From positions 1-64,000 of the forward strand of contig CAVWFS010000002.1 in NCBI GenBank assembly GCA_963754315.1: DNA of 64,000 nt, in the 5' to 3' direction. Of this stretch, positions 20,707-30,052 are shown piece by piece (within the stretch, counting starts at the first letter, position 1; each line of letters starts with the position of its first letter). The notes beneath the pieces were generated by a model. It worked only from the letters and a program-made list of their open reading frames with translations, had not been told where the DNA came from and searched no databases. The DNA is from an uncultured Candidatus Rokubacteria bacterium (GTDB taxonomy: Bacteria; Methylomirabilota; Methylomirabilia; Rokubacteriales; CSP1-6). A program made the position numbers and the translations under genes.

Positions 20707-21948
20707 ATGTCTCGTCCGCCGCGAGTCCTCACCATGATCATGGCAGGCGGCAAGGGGGAGCGCCTTCATCCGCTGACCCGCGAGCGTTCCAAGCCGTCGG
20801 TCCCGTTCGGGGGGCGCTATCGCATCATCGATTTCGTCCTGTCCAATCTGGTCAACTCCGGGCTGTTCTCGATGTACGTGCTCGTGCAGTACCGATCGCA
20901 GAGCCTCATCGAGCATCTGCGCATGGCCTGGCGCACGACGGGCATCCTCTCCGACGCCTTCATTGCGGTGGTGCCCCCCCAGATGCGGACGGGCGAGGCA
21001 TGGTACCGCGGCACCGCCGATGCCGTCCTGCAGAACCTGCACCTGATCGACGACTTCAACCCGGACGTGGTGGCGGTGTTCGGCGCGGACCACATCTACC
21101 GGATGGACATCGGCCAGATGGTGGCCTTCCATCTCGAATCCGGCGCCGAGGTCACGATGGCCGCGCGTCCCGTGCGGCTCGAGCAGGCCTCCGCCTTCGG
21201 CGTGCTCGGCGTCGACCGTCAGAATCGGGTCGTGGACTGGGCAGAAAAGCCCGCGGTTCCGAGGGCGATGCCGGACGATCCCACGCGAGCCCTCGTGTCG
21301 ATGGGCAACTACATCTTCACCCGCCATCAGCTGGTCGACGCCCTGCTCCACGACGCCCGCCGCAGCACCGACCACGATTTCGGCCGCTCCATCATTCCCG
21401 AGATCGTGGCCACCGGCAAGGTGTTCGCCTACGACTTCCAGGAAAACGAGGTGCCCGGGGTGAAGCCCTACGAGGAGCCGGGCTACTGGCGCGACGTGGG
21501 AACCATCGAGAGCTACTGGGAATCGCACATGGACTTGCTGGGAGAGTCGCCGCGCTTCGACCTGGACAACCGCCGGTGGCCCATCCAGGCGGGTGCCCAC
21601 CCGGGCCCGCCCGCCCGCTTCATCGGAGGCGACGTCGACAACTCGCTCATCGCGGAGGGATCGCTCATCAAGCGCGCCACCATTCGCAACTCGATCCTCG
21701 GCCGCAACGTGTGGGTGAACGAGGGCGCGAGCATCGAGGACTCCATCGTCATGGATTACACCTCGGTGGGCAAGGGCGCCCGAATCCGGCGGGCCATCGT
21801 CGATCGCTACAACATCATCCCGGCCGATCGCGAGATCGGGAGCGATCCCGGGCAGGATCGCCTGAACTATCACGTGGACCCGTCGGGCCTGGTCGTGGTG
21901 CCGCGAGGAGGGCGGCGCGAGTTCCTGCTCGGCCTCGAGGAGCTGTAG
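20707..21948 (+). CDS. glgC: Glucose-1-phosphate adenylyltransferase
   Basis: AGGKGERLHPLT, KPSVPFGGRYRIIDF, GADHIYRMD and YWRDVGT. Confidence 0.96.
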   Translation: MSRPPRVLTMIMAGGKGERLHPLTRERSKPSVPFGGRYRIIDFVLSNLVNSGLFSMYVLVQYRSQSLIEHLRMAWRTTGILSDAFIAVVPPQMRTGEAWYRGTADAVLQNLHLIDDFNPDVVAVFGADHIYRMDIGQMVAFHLESGAEVTMAARPVRLEQASAFGVLGVDRQNRVVDWAEKPAVPRAMPDDPTRALVSMGNYIFTRHQLVDALLHDARRSTDHDFGRSIIPEIVATGKVFAYDFQENEVPGVKPYEEPGYWRDVGTIESYWESHMDLLGESPRFDLDNRRWPIQAGAHPGPPARFIGGDVDNSLIAEGSLIKRATIRNSILGRNVWVNEGASIEDSIVMDYTSVGKGARIRRAIVDRYNIIPADREIGSDPGQDRLNYHVDPSGLVVVPRGGRREFLLGLEEL

Positions 21949-24326
21949 TGACCCTGTCGCGCTTCGTCACCATCCACGGCCACTTCTACCAGCCTCCCCG
22001 CGAGAACCCCTGGCTGGAGACGGTCGAGGTCCAGGATTCGGCCGCCCCCGCCCACGACTGGAACGCGCGGGTCGCCGACGAGTGCTATGCGCCTAACACG
22101 GCCGCCCGGCGTCTGTCGGCGGAGAACCGCATCATCGGGATCGTCAACAACTTCGAGAAGATCTCGTTCAACGTGGGCCCTACCCTGATGGCCTGGCTCG
22201 CCCCTCACCGGCCCCAGGTCTACGCGAGCATCCTGGAGGCCGACAGGATCAGCCGGCAGCTCCGTGGCCATGGCAACGCCATCGCGCAGGTCTACAACCA
22301 CATGATCATGCCGCTCGCGTCCCGGCGCGACAAGGTCACGCAGGTCCGGTGGGGCCTGGCCGACTTTCGCGCGCGCTTCGGCCGCGATCCCGAGGGCATG
22401 TGGCTGCCGGAGACGGCGGTGGACAGCGAGACTTTGAGCGTCGTCGCGGAGGCGGGCATTCGCTTCACGATCCTGGCACCCCACCAGGCGAGCCGCACGC
22501 GACCCCTTGTGGGCGGGCCCTGGGTGGAGGCCGGCGACTCGATCGACCCGAGCCGCGCCTATCGCTGGCAGGACCAGCACGGCGCCTCGCTGGACCTCTT
22601 CTTCTACGACGCTCCCGTGTCTCGCGCCATCGCCTTCGAGAACGCGCTCGCGTCCGGGGAGACACTGGCCGCGCGCATCAAGGGCGCGTTCCATGGGGAC
22701 CGCACGTGGCCCCAGCTCGTCCATTGCGCGACCGACGGTGAGAGCTACGGCCACCATAGCCGGTTCGGGGAGATGGGGCTGGCGGCGGCGCTCGAGCTGA
22801 TCGAGAGGAGCGGCGAGGCTGTCCTCACCAACTACGCCGCGTTCCTGGCCGCTCACCCCCCCACGGTCGAGGTCGAGATCCGCGAGGCCACCTCGTGGAG
22901 CTGCGCGCACGGTGTGGAGCGCTGGCGGAGCAACTGCGGCTGCCGGGTCAATCCCGCCACCCGGCAAGACTGGCGGGGCCCGCTGCGCGAGGCCCTCGAC
23001 TGGCTCCGGGGCGAGATCGACGACTTCTACGAAGCGCACGCGTCCGGCCTGCTCAAGGATCCCTGGGCGGCCCGCGACGCGTACATCGATGTCATCCTCG
23101 ACCGCCGGCCGGCCGTCCTCGCGCGCTTCTTCGACGCCCATGCTTCGGCGCCCCTGGATGCGGCGGCCCAGGTAGAGGCCCGACGTCTGCTCGAGATGCA
23201 GCGGCAGCGTCTGCTCATGTACACTTCCTGCGGCTGGTTCTTCGACGACCTGGCAGGTCTGGAACCGGTCCAGAACCTGCGCTACGCGGCCATGGCTCTC
23301 GGCTACCTGCGCGAGCTGGGCGGCCCCGATCTCGAGATGGCATTCGTGGAGCGCATCGACCAGGCTGCGAGCAACGATGTGGACGAGGGAACCGGCGCCG
23401 ACGTCTACCGTCGGCACGTGCTGACGGCGGCCGCCGACATCCGGCGGCTCACCGCCCACTACGCCATCAGCGGGCTGTTCGACACGCCGACCCGCGAGGC
23501 CCGGCCGTTCGCCTACCAGGTGACGCGTCTGGACGAAGCACACGCCGCCTACGGCGACACCGCGCTCAGAGTGGGGCGCATTCGCGTCAGCTCGGAGCTC
23601 ACCGGACACACGAAGGGGGCCATCTTCGCGGTGGCGCATTTCGGCGGCCACGACATCACGTGTGGCGTCCGGCTGACCGACGACACCGCCGACTACGAGG
23701 CGCTTCGTCACGACCTGCTCGAGCGCTATGGCCGGCACAGCGTCCCCGACGTGGTCCGCGGGTTCGACGCCGCGTTCGGGCGGGACATGTTCTCGGTGAC
23801 AGACCTCTTCATCGAGGAGCGCCGTCGCGTCCTGGCCGCCCTGCTCGGGAAGGTCATCGCCCGCCACGAGTCCACCGTGCGCCAGGTCTGGGCGGAGACC
23901 CATTCGCTGCTCGACTACTTGCAGTCGGCCGACGTGCCGATCCCCGGGACCCTGGCGGTCGTGGCCCGGCGGGTGCTCGAGCAGGACACCCTGGCCGCGC
24001 TGTCCGAGGTGCCGGTGCGGCTGGCCATCCCTGCCCGAGCCTTCGAGTTCAGCACGCACGCCCGCAAGCTGCACCTCACCCTGAACCTCGCGGCCGCGCG
24101 GCCCCTGCTGCAGGATGCCCTGGAGCGCATCCTCGACATCGTCGAGCATTCGCCCACGGCCGCCACCGTCGCCCAGGGCGTGAGCCTGATCGAGGGCGGC
24201 GAGCGACTCGGCGTGGGCCTGGGACACTGGGAGGCGCAGAATCGCTTCTTCGCCCTTCGCCAGAGGCGGGAGGATCTGCGTGAGCTGCTCTCGCCGCTCG
24301 CCCGGGCACTCAGGTTTCAGCCATGA
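21948..24326 (+). CDS. GH57 family glycoside hydrolase (DUF3536)
   Basis: IHGHFYQPPRENPW, GMWLPET, ATDGESYGHH, SWSCAHGVERW and MYTSCGWFFD. GTG start overlaps the glgC stop. Confidence 0.92.
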   Translation: MTLSRFVTIHGHFYQPPRENPWLETVEVQDSAAPAHDWNARVADECYAPNTAARRLSAENRIIGIVNNFEKISFNVGPTLMAWLAPHRPQVYASILEADRISRQLRGHGNAIAQVYNHMIMPLASRRDKVTQVRWGLADFRARFGRDPEGMWLPETAVDSETLSVVAEAGIRFTILAPHQASRTRPLVGGPWVEAGDSIDPSRAYRWQDQHGASLDLFFYDAPVSRAIAFENALASGETLAARIKGAFHGDRTWPQLVHCATDGESYGHHSRFGEMGLAAALELIERSGEAVLTNYAAFLAAHPPTVEVEIREATSWSCAHGVERWRSNCGCRVNPATRQDWRGPLREALDWLRGEIDDFYEAHASGLLKDPWAARDAYIDVILDRRPAVLARFFDAHASAPLDAAAQVEARRLLEMQRQRLLMYTSCGWFFDDLAGLEPVQNLRYAAMALGYLRELGGPDLEMAFVERIDQAASNDVDEGTGADVYRRHVLTAAADIRRLTAHYAISGLFDTPTREARPFAYQVTRLDEAHAAYGDTALRVGRIRVSSELTGHTKGAIFAVAHFGGHDITCGVRLTDDTADYEALRHDLLERYGRHSVPDVVRGFDAAFGRDMFSVTDLFIEERRRVLAALLGKVIARHESTVRQVWAETHSLLDYLQSADVPIPGTLAVVARRVLEQDTLAALSEVPVRLAIPARAFEFSTHARKLHLTLNLAAARPLLQDALERILDIVEHSPTAATVAQGVSLIEGGERLGVGLGHWEAQNRFFALRQRREDLRELLSPLARALRFQP

Positions 24327-26311
24327 CGGCGCGCGCGCGCGGACGCCGTTCAAGCACCATGGGACATCCCGCCCTGATGCAGACGGTCGTCATCGAGAAC
24401 GTGGAGCCGGCCGTCGACGGCGGGCGCTACCCCGCCAAGTCCGAGGTGGGCCAGGTCGTGCAGGTATCGGCCGACATCTTCAAGGAAGGTCACGACGTGC
24501 TGGTCGCCTGGGTCCGGTATCGCGGCCCCGGGGAGAAGGATTGGCGCGAAGCTCCCCTGCAGCACGTGGACAACGATCGCTGGGCGGGCTCCTTCCCGCT
24601 CGAGCGGAACGGGCGCTACGAGTTCTTCATCGAGGCGTTGGCGGATCCCTTCCTCTCGTGGCTGGCCGACCTCGCCAAGCGGATCGATGCAGGAGGGGAC
24701 GTGGCCAGCGAGCTCCTCGAGGGACGCGGCCTGATCGAGGACGCGGCGCGGCGCGCGGAGGGGAGCGCGGCGCGTGAGCTGCGCGACACCGCCGAGCGAA
24801 TGGCCGCCGCCCCCGGCCAGGCGGAGGCGGCTGAAGTGGCGCGTGAGCCAGCCCTGGCCGCGCTCATGGCCCGCCACCTCGACCGGCAGAGCGCGACCCG
24901 GAGCGCGCGCGAGTACACCGTGGTGGCCGATCGCGAGCGGGCGCGCTTCGCCGCCTGGTACGAGATGTTCCCGCGCTCGGCGCGCGGCGACGGGCTGCAC
25001 GCCACCTTCAAGGACGCCGAGGGTCAGCTCGAACGCATCGCGGCCATGGGCTTCGATGTCGTGTACCTGCCGCCCGTCCATCCCATCGGCCGCTCCTTTC
25101 GCAAGGGACGCAACAACGCGCTCACTGCCGCGGCCGGCGACCCCGGAAGTCCGTGGGCGATCGGCGGCGAGGAGGGCGGCCACATGGCCGTCCATCCGCA
25201 GCTCGGGACCCTGGAGGACTTCGACCGCTTCGTGGAGGCAGCGGAGCGCCTTGGCCTGGAGGTCGCGCTCGACTTCGCCATCCAGTGCTCGCCGGATCAC
25301 CCGTACGTGCGGGAGCACCCGGAGTGGTTCTTCCACCGTCCCGACGGCACCATCAAGTACGCCGAGAATCCGCCCAAGAAGTACCAGGACGTCTATCCGG
25401 TCAATTTCTACTGTCCCGATCCCAGGCCCCTGTGGGAGGAGATGCGGCGGATCGTCGAGTTCTGGATCGGCCACGGTGTGCGCACCTTCCGGGTGGACAA
25501 TCCTCATACCAAGCCCGTGCCGTTCTGGGAATGGTTCATCGCCAGCATCCAGCGCGCTCACCCCGACGTGATCTTCCTGGCCGAGGCCTTCACGCGCCCC
25601 AAGATGATGAAGGTCCTGGGCAAGGCCGGCTTCACGCAGTCCTACACCTACTTCACGTGGCGAAACGCGAAGGCGGAGCTGGTCGAGTATCTGACGGAGA
25701 TCACCGGACCGCCGATGGCCGACTACTTCCGGGGCAACCTCTGGCCCAACACGCCCGACATCCTGCACGAGACCTTGCAGACGGGAGGCCGGTCCGCCTT
25801 CAAGATGCGCCTGGTGCTGGCCGCGACCCTCTCGCCCCTGTACGGGATCTACAGCGGCTACGAGCTGGTCGAGAACGTGCCCGTGCGGGAAGGGTCCGAG
25901 GAGTACCTCGACTCCGAGAAGTACGAGATCAGGGCGCGCGACTGGAAGGCTCCCGGCAACCTGGTGGAGTTCGTGACCGCCATCAACCGCATCCGCCGCG
26001 AGAACCGCGCGCTCCATCTCTACCGCAACCTGCGCTTCTACGAGGCCGACGATCCGAACATCGTCTGGTACGGCAAGATGACCCCCGAGGGTGACAACGT
26101 GGTCTTCGTGGCCGCCAACCTGGATCTCCACGGCCCGCATGCCTCTCTGGTCGACGTGCCCCTCGCCGAGCTTGGCCTTCGCCCCGACGAGCCCTACGTC
26201 ATGCACGAGCTCCTGAGCGACCGGCGGTACGAATGGCGGGGACCTCGCGGCTACGTCGTGCTGGACCCGGCCATCGATTCAGCACAGATCTTCGTCCTGC
26301 GCCGGATGTGA
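24323..26311 (+). CDS. glgE: Alpha-1,4-glucan:maltose-1-phosphate maltosyltransferase
   Basis: WYEMFPRS, YAENPPKKYQD, FRVDNPHTKP and FLAEAFTRP. Confidence 0.96.
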   Translation: MTARARGRRSSTMGHPALMQTVVIENVEPAVDGGRYPAKSEVGQVVQVSADIFKEGHDVLVAWVRYRGPGEKDWREAPLQHVDNDRWAGSFPLERNGRYEFFIEALADPFLSWLADLAKRIDAGGDVASELLEGRGLIEDAARRAEGSAARELRDTAERMAAAPGQAEAAEVAREPALAALMARHLDRQSATRSAREYTVVADRERARFAAWYEMFPRSARGDGLHATFKDAEGQLERIAAMGFDVVYLPPVHPIGRSFRKGRNNALTAAAGDPGSPWAIGGEEGGHMAVHPQLGTLEDFDRFVEAAERLGLEVALDFAIQCSPDHPYVREHPEWFFHRPDGTIKYAENPPKKYQDVYPVNFYCPDPRPLWEEMRRIVEFWIGHGVRTFRVDNPHTKPVPFWEWFIASIQRAHPDVIFLAEAFTRPKMMKVLGKAGFTQSYTYFTWRNAKAELVEYLTEITGPPMADYFRGNLWPNTPDILHETLQTGGRSAFKMRLVLAATLSPLYGIYSGYELVENVPVREGSEEYLDSEKYEIRARDWKAPGNLVEFVTAINRIRRENRALHLYRNLRFYEADDPNIVWYGKMTPEGDNVVFVAANLDLHGPHASLVDVPLAELGLRPDEPYVMHELLSDRRYEWRGPRGYVVLDPAIDSAQIFVLRRM

Positions 26312-27645
26312 CCTTACCGTCTCCCGCTACCCTGGCCTCCTGGCTGCCCGAGCAGCGGTGGTTCGCGGGCAAGGCGCACCGCATCAACGAGGTGGCGATC
26401 GAGGCGCGCGTTCCGCTCGGAGGAGCGTTTCTCGTGCTGGCGCGGGTGAGGCTCTCCAACGGGACCGACGATCGCTACGTGCTGCCCCTGCTCCCCGCGG
26501 CCGCTCCTCGTGATGCCCTCGATGACCCGGGTTTCGCGCGAGGCCTCCTGAACGTGATGGCGGATGGGGAGCGAGTGGCAGGCGGCGGGGGAATCGTCAC
26601 CGGCCACCCCACCTCGTTCTTTCCCCGGCCCCTGCCCGATAATCTCCCGAACCACCGGCGGGGCGCCGAGCAGAGCAACACCTCGATCGCGTTCGGCAAC
26701 GTCCTGATGCTCAAGCAGATCCGCCGATTGCTGTCGGGGGTGAATCCGGAGGAAGAGCTGACGCGCTTTCTCACCGAGCGAACGTCCTTCGCTCACACGC
26801 CCCGTCTGCTCGGCTCGCTCGCCTACGAAGCCCCGTCGGGCGAACGGGCCACCCTGGCGGTGGCCAGCCAGCTGATCAACGGGTGCGAGGACGGCTGGAG
26901 CTGGATGCTCGCCGAGCTGCGCGCGCTGACCCCGCGCGCCGGTTCGTCCCGACCGCCGGCGACGCCGGCCCTGGCGGCGCTTCGTCGCCTGGGAGAGCGA
27001 ACCGGTCAGCTCCACCTGGCCCTGGCCAGCGACCCGGCTGACCCGGCCTTCGCGCCGGAGCCCATCAGCGACGCTGATCTTCAGCGCTGGTCGGAGGACG
27101 TGGAGCATCAGATCGCCGCCGCCCGTGCCGCCCTCGGCGGGACCTTGCCCATCGAGGCTCCCGACGTCCGGGCTGCCCTGGCTGGCCTGAGGGGTGTCGC
27201 GAAGATCCGGCATCACGGCGACTTCCACCTCGGCCAGACCCTGTACGTGCCGGCCCAGGCCGACTTCATGATCGTCGACTTCGAGGGCGAGCCGCTGCGG
27301 CCTCTGGCCGAGCGGCGTCGCAAGCACGCGGCCGTGCGCGACGTGGCCGGGATGCTCCGCTCCATCAGCTATGCCGCCGCCGCCGAGCGCGAGGGAGCGG
27401 GCGAGCCATGGCGGACGGCCTGGGAGCTCGAGGCGCAAGGTGAGTTCACGGCCGGATACCTCGCCGCCGCGGCCGGCGCGCCATTCGTTCCCCCTGCGCC
27501 GTCTTCGTTCACGCGGGCCCTGGCAGTGTTCGAGCTCGAGAAGGCCGCCTACGAGGTCGTGTACGAGGCAAACAACCGCCCCTCGTGGCTCAGCATTCCC
27601 GTCCGGGGTTTGATCAGCGCGGCGGAGCGGGTGCGGACGGCGTAG
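26308..27645 (+). CDS. mak: Maltokinase (Mak/Pep2)
   Basis: QRWFAGK, AEQSNTS, HGDFHLGQ, DFEGEP, RDVAGMLRS and EKAAYEVVYE. Confidence 0.88.
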   Translation: MTLPSPATLASWLPEQRWFAGKAHRINEVAIEARVPLGGAFLVLARVRLSNGTDDRYVLPLLPAAAPRDALDDPGFARGLLNVMADGERVAGGGGIVTGHPTSFFPRPLPDNLPNHRRGAEQSNTSIAFGNVLMLKQIRRLLSGVNPEEELTRFLTERTSFAHTPRLLGSLAYEAPSGERATLAVASQLINGCEDGWSWMLAELRALTPRAGSSRPPATPALAALRRLGERTGQLHLALASDPADPAFAPEPISDADLQRWSEDVEHQIAAARAALGGTLPIEAPDVRAALAGLRGVAKIRHHGDFHLGQTLYVPAQADFMIVDFEGEPLRPLAERRRKHAAVRDVAGMLRSISYAAAAEREGAGEPWRTAWELEAQGEFTAGYLAAAAGAPFVPPAPSSFTRALAVFELEKAAYEVVYEANNRPSWLSIPVRGLISAAERVRTA

Positions 27646-28210
27646 CGGCGGGCGGCGGAGCGGGTCCGGGCGGCGTAGCGGATTCGGGCGGCGGAAGCTT
27701 CTGCTTGGAAACGAAGAGCATCGTCTTCACCTCCCACCCCGCCCCGTCGAAGACCACGAAGAGACCATCCTCGTACAGGTAGGCCGGGCTGCCGCTCTGC
27801 TCGCCGGTCGCCGTCGGCGGTCCCCAGCCTTGAACGACGAGCTGCCGATTGAACATGCCCGGCTTGGGATGCAGCAGCAGGCTTCGTACGATCTGGGGCA
27901 CATAGCCCGTCGGGGTGAGGATGCCGAACTCGACGATCATCCTGATCATGCCCGTCGGTGCCTCGGCCTCCTCGTACACCCACTGCGCCGAATCGTAGCC
28001 GTCGACCTTCTGGGTCGTGGCCTGGGTGGGCTTGCCGTAGCGCTTGCGGACGGCGTCCATCGTGGTCTCGCCCGGATTGATGGACCCCCATTCCAGTGCC
28101 TGGGCCGACACCGGAAATCCGAACGGGGCCGCGAGGACCAGCAGGAGCGCCGCCAGCACGGGCAGGCGCGCCCTGACCGCGCCTGATCCTGGATCAGAAG
28201 CCAAGCGCAA
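27614..28210 (-). CDS. Secreted hypothetical protein with a Pro-rich tail
   Basis: Signal peptide (...AQA|LEWG), globular domain and PPP-rich C-terminus. Confidence 0.7.
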   Translation of the reverse strand: MRLASDPGSGAVRARLPVLAALLLVLAAPFGFPVSAQALEWGSINPGETTMDAVRKRYGKPTQATTQKVDGYDSAQWVYEEAEAPTGMIRMIVEFGILTPTGYVPQIVRSLLLHPKPGMFNRQLVVQGWGPPTATGEQSGSPAYLYEDGLFVVFDGAGWEVKTMLFVSKQKLPPPESATPPGPAPPPAATPSAPAPPR

Positions 28211-29792
28211 TACCGTCGCCCCGCGGATCGGCGCCGCCCATGAGGGTCCCCTCGCGGAGGGTGATTGCGTGCGCGTGCCCGACTCGATGCAGGAACTCCC
28301 CCTCCACGCGCAGGCGATGGCCGCGGCGCTCGAGGGCCGTGATCACCCGCCGCGCCACCCGGGACTCCAGGCGCGTGATGTCCGACGGATCGTCGGGAAG
28401 AAACGCCCCGATCAGGAATCGGGGACGCTCGATCGCCTCCTGCGGGTCCATGCCGTAGTCGAGCAGGTTGGTCAGCACCTGCAGGTGAAACATGGCTTGA
28501 CCGTTGCCGCCCATGGTGGCGAAGCCCGCCAGCGGCCGCTCGTCCCGGGTGACGATGGACGCCATGAGCGTGTGGAACGGACGCTTGCCGGGGGCCAGGA
28601 CGCTGGGGTGCCCTTCCTGCGTGGTGAAATGGCGGCCTCGGTTGTGCAGGAGCACTCCGGTGCCCGGCGGGACCACTCCCGAGCCGAACGAGTGAAACAG
28701 ACTCTGAATCACGCTGAGCACGTTCCCCCGCCCGTCCGCCACCACGAAACCCGTGGTGTCGCCTTCCGGGTCGCCCGCGGCGTAGGCGTGCGCCTTCCGG
28801 CGATCGAAGGCCTGACGCCGCTCACCCGCGTACGCCTTGGCCAGGAGCGCGGCCACGGGCACCTCGACCTTGGCCGGATCACCGATCCACCGATCGCGAT
28901 CAGCGTAGGCGAGCTTGCTCATCTCGATCAGCATGTGCAGGTGCTCGACCGAGTGCACGGGATGACGGGCGAGATCGAACCCTTCCAGGAGATTCAGACC
29001 GAGCAAGGCGGCCAGTCCCTGGGTCGGAGGCGGAGTCTCGTAGACGGTCACTCCCCGATAGGTGGTCGAGATGGGCTCGCCCCATTCGCCCGTGTGACGG
29101 GCCAGATCATCGACGGTGACGAAGCCATCCGCCTCCAGCCGCCGCGCGATGGCCTGGCCGATTCGGCCTCGATAGAAGAGGTCGGGGCCCTCCGCGGCGA
29201 GCTCGCGAAGAGTGCGCGCAAGATCGGCCTGCACGAGCAGCTCGCCGAGCCCGGGTGCCCGGCCGCCGGGCCTGAAGATGCGATGCCACTCCGGATCGTC
29301 GAAGTTCGGCGCCATCTCCCCCGTGGCCTGGCTCACCAGGAGCGTGGTGGGAAACCCATGCTCCGCGTAGTGAATCGCCGGCTGGAGCAGCTCGCCCAGC
29401 GGCCGCGTCCCGAACCGCTCGAGCAGCATACCCCACGCCCGCACACACCCCGGCACGCTGACCGACGCCGCGCCCACCATCGGCACCGCCGCGAGACCCC
29501 GCCTCCGAAGCTCCTCAAGGGTAGCCCGGCTCCCCGACCGCCCCGCCCCATTGAGAAAGTGAACCCTCCGCGTCCCCGCCTCGTAGTACAGCGCAAACAA
29601 ATCACCGCCCACCCCACAGCAGTACGGCTGCGTGACAGCGAGCACCCCATTGACCGCCACCGCCGCGTCCGCGACGGTTCCACCCGATTTCAAGACCTCC
29701 ACCCCCGCCAACGCCGCGAGCGGATGCGCAGACGCAACCATCCCCTCCCGCCCCAACGCCACCGCCCGCCTGCTATACCCAATCTGCGGCAT
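28194..29792 (-). CDS. ggt: Gamma-glutamyltransferase
   Basis: GMVASAHPLA, GGDLF, catalytic GDTT, LHNRG, PGKRPFHT and GADPRGDG. Confidence 0.95.
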   Translation of the reverse strand: MPQIGYSRRAVALGREGMVASAHPLAALAGVEVLKSGGTVADAAVAVNGVLAVTQPYCCGVGGDLFALYYEAGTRRVHFLNGAGRSGSRATLEELRRRGLAAVPMVGAASVSVPGCVRAWGMLLERFGTRPLGELLQPAIHYAEHGFPTTLLVSQATGEMAPNFDDPEWHRIFRPGGRAPGLGELLVQADLARTLRELAAEGPDLFYRGRIGQAIARRLEADGFVTVDDLARHTGEWGEPISTTYRGVTVYETPPPTQGLAALLGLNLLEGFDLARHPVHSVEHLHMLIEMSKLAYADRDRWIGDPAKVEVPVAALLAKAYAGERRQAFDRRKAHAYAAGDPEGDTTGFVVADGRGNVLSVIQSLFHSFGSGVVPPGTGVLLHNRGRHFTTQEGHPSVLAPGKRPFHTLMASIVTRDERPLAGFATMGGNGQAMFHLQVLTNLLDYGMDPQEAIERPRFLIGAFLPDDPSDITRLESRVARRVITALERRGHRLRVEGEFLHRVGHAHAITLREGTLMGGADPRGDGIALGF

Positions 29793-29808
29793 GCTGTCGG
29801 CTTCCTCA

Positions 29809-29944
29809 GCCCAAAGCCCACGCGCCGCCGCCCGCTCAAAAGGGTTCGTGGGGTCCCTGGGCCCGAGGCCACGCGCCGCCGGCCGATCAAAAGGGTAGTG
29901 AAGTTCCCGAGCCCGAGGCCACGCGCCGCCGGCCGATCAAAAGG
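29809..29944 (+). repeat. Three tandem ~35-bp repeats with 15-17-bp linkers
   Basis: GCCCGAGGCCACGCGCCGCCGGCCGATCAAAAGG at 29861 and 29911, with a degenerate copy at about 29809. Confidence 0.8.
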
Positions 29945-30052
29945 CCCCAGATGCTAGGCGGCGACGAGCGACGACTGAGGCGTGGCCCTGCCACGTCGCA
30001 GGGAGGAGCGAGGAGCCGACGACGCAGATGGGGTCCTTTTCATCGGCCGGCG
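29927..30052. mobile_element. MITE/REP-like palindromic element
   Basis: Terminal inverted repeats CGCCGGCCGATCAAAAGG and CCTTTTCATCGGCCGGCG, with inner CCCCA/TGGGG and ACG/CGT pairing. Confidence 0.65.

Noticed and set aside
29809..29944. Three 35-bp repeats as a mini-CRISPR
   Set aside because: Linkers are only 15-17 bp and related to each other, the repeat includes the MITE end, and no cas genes are present.
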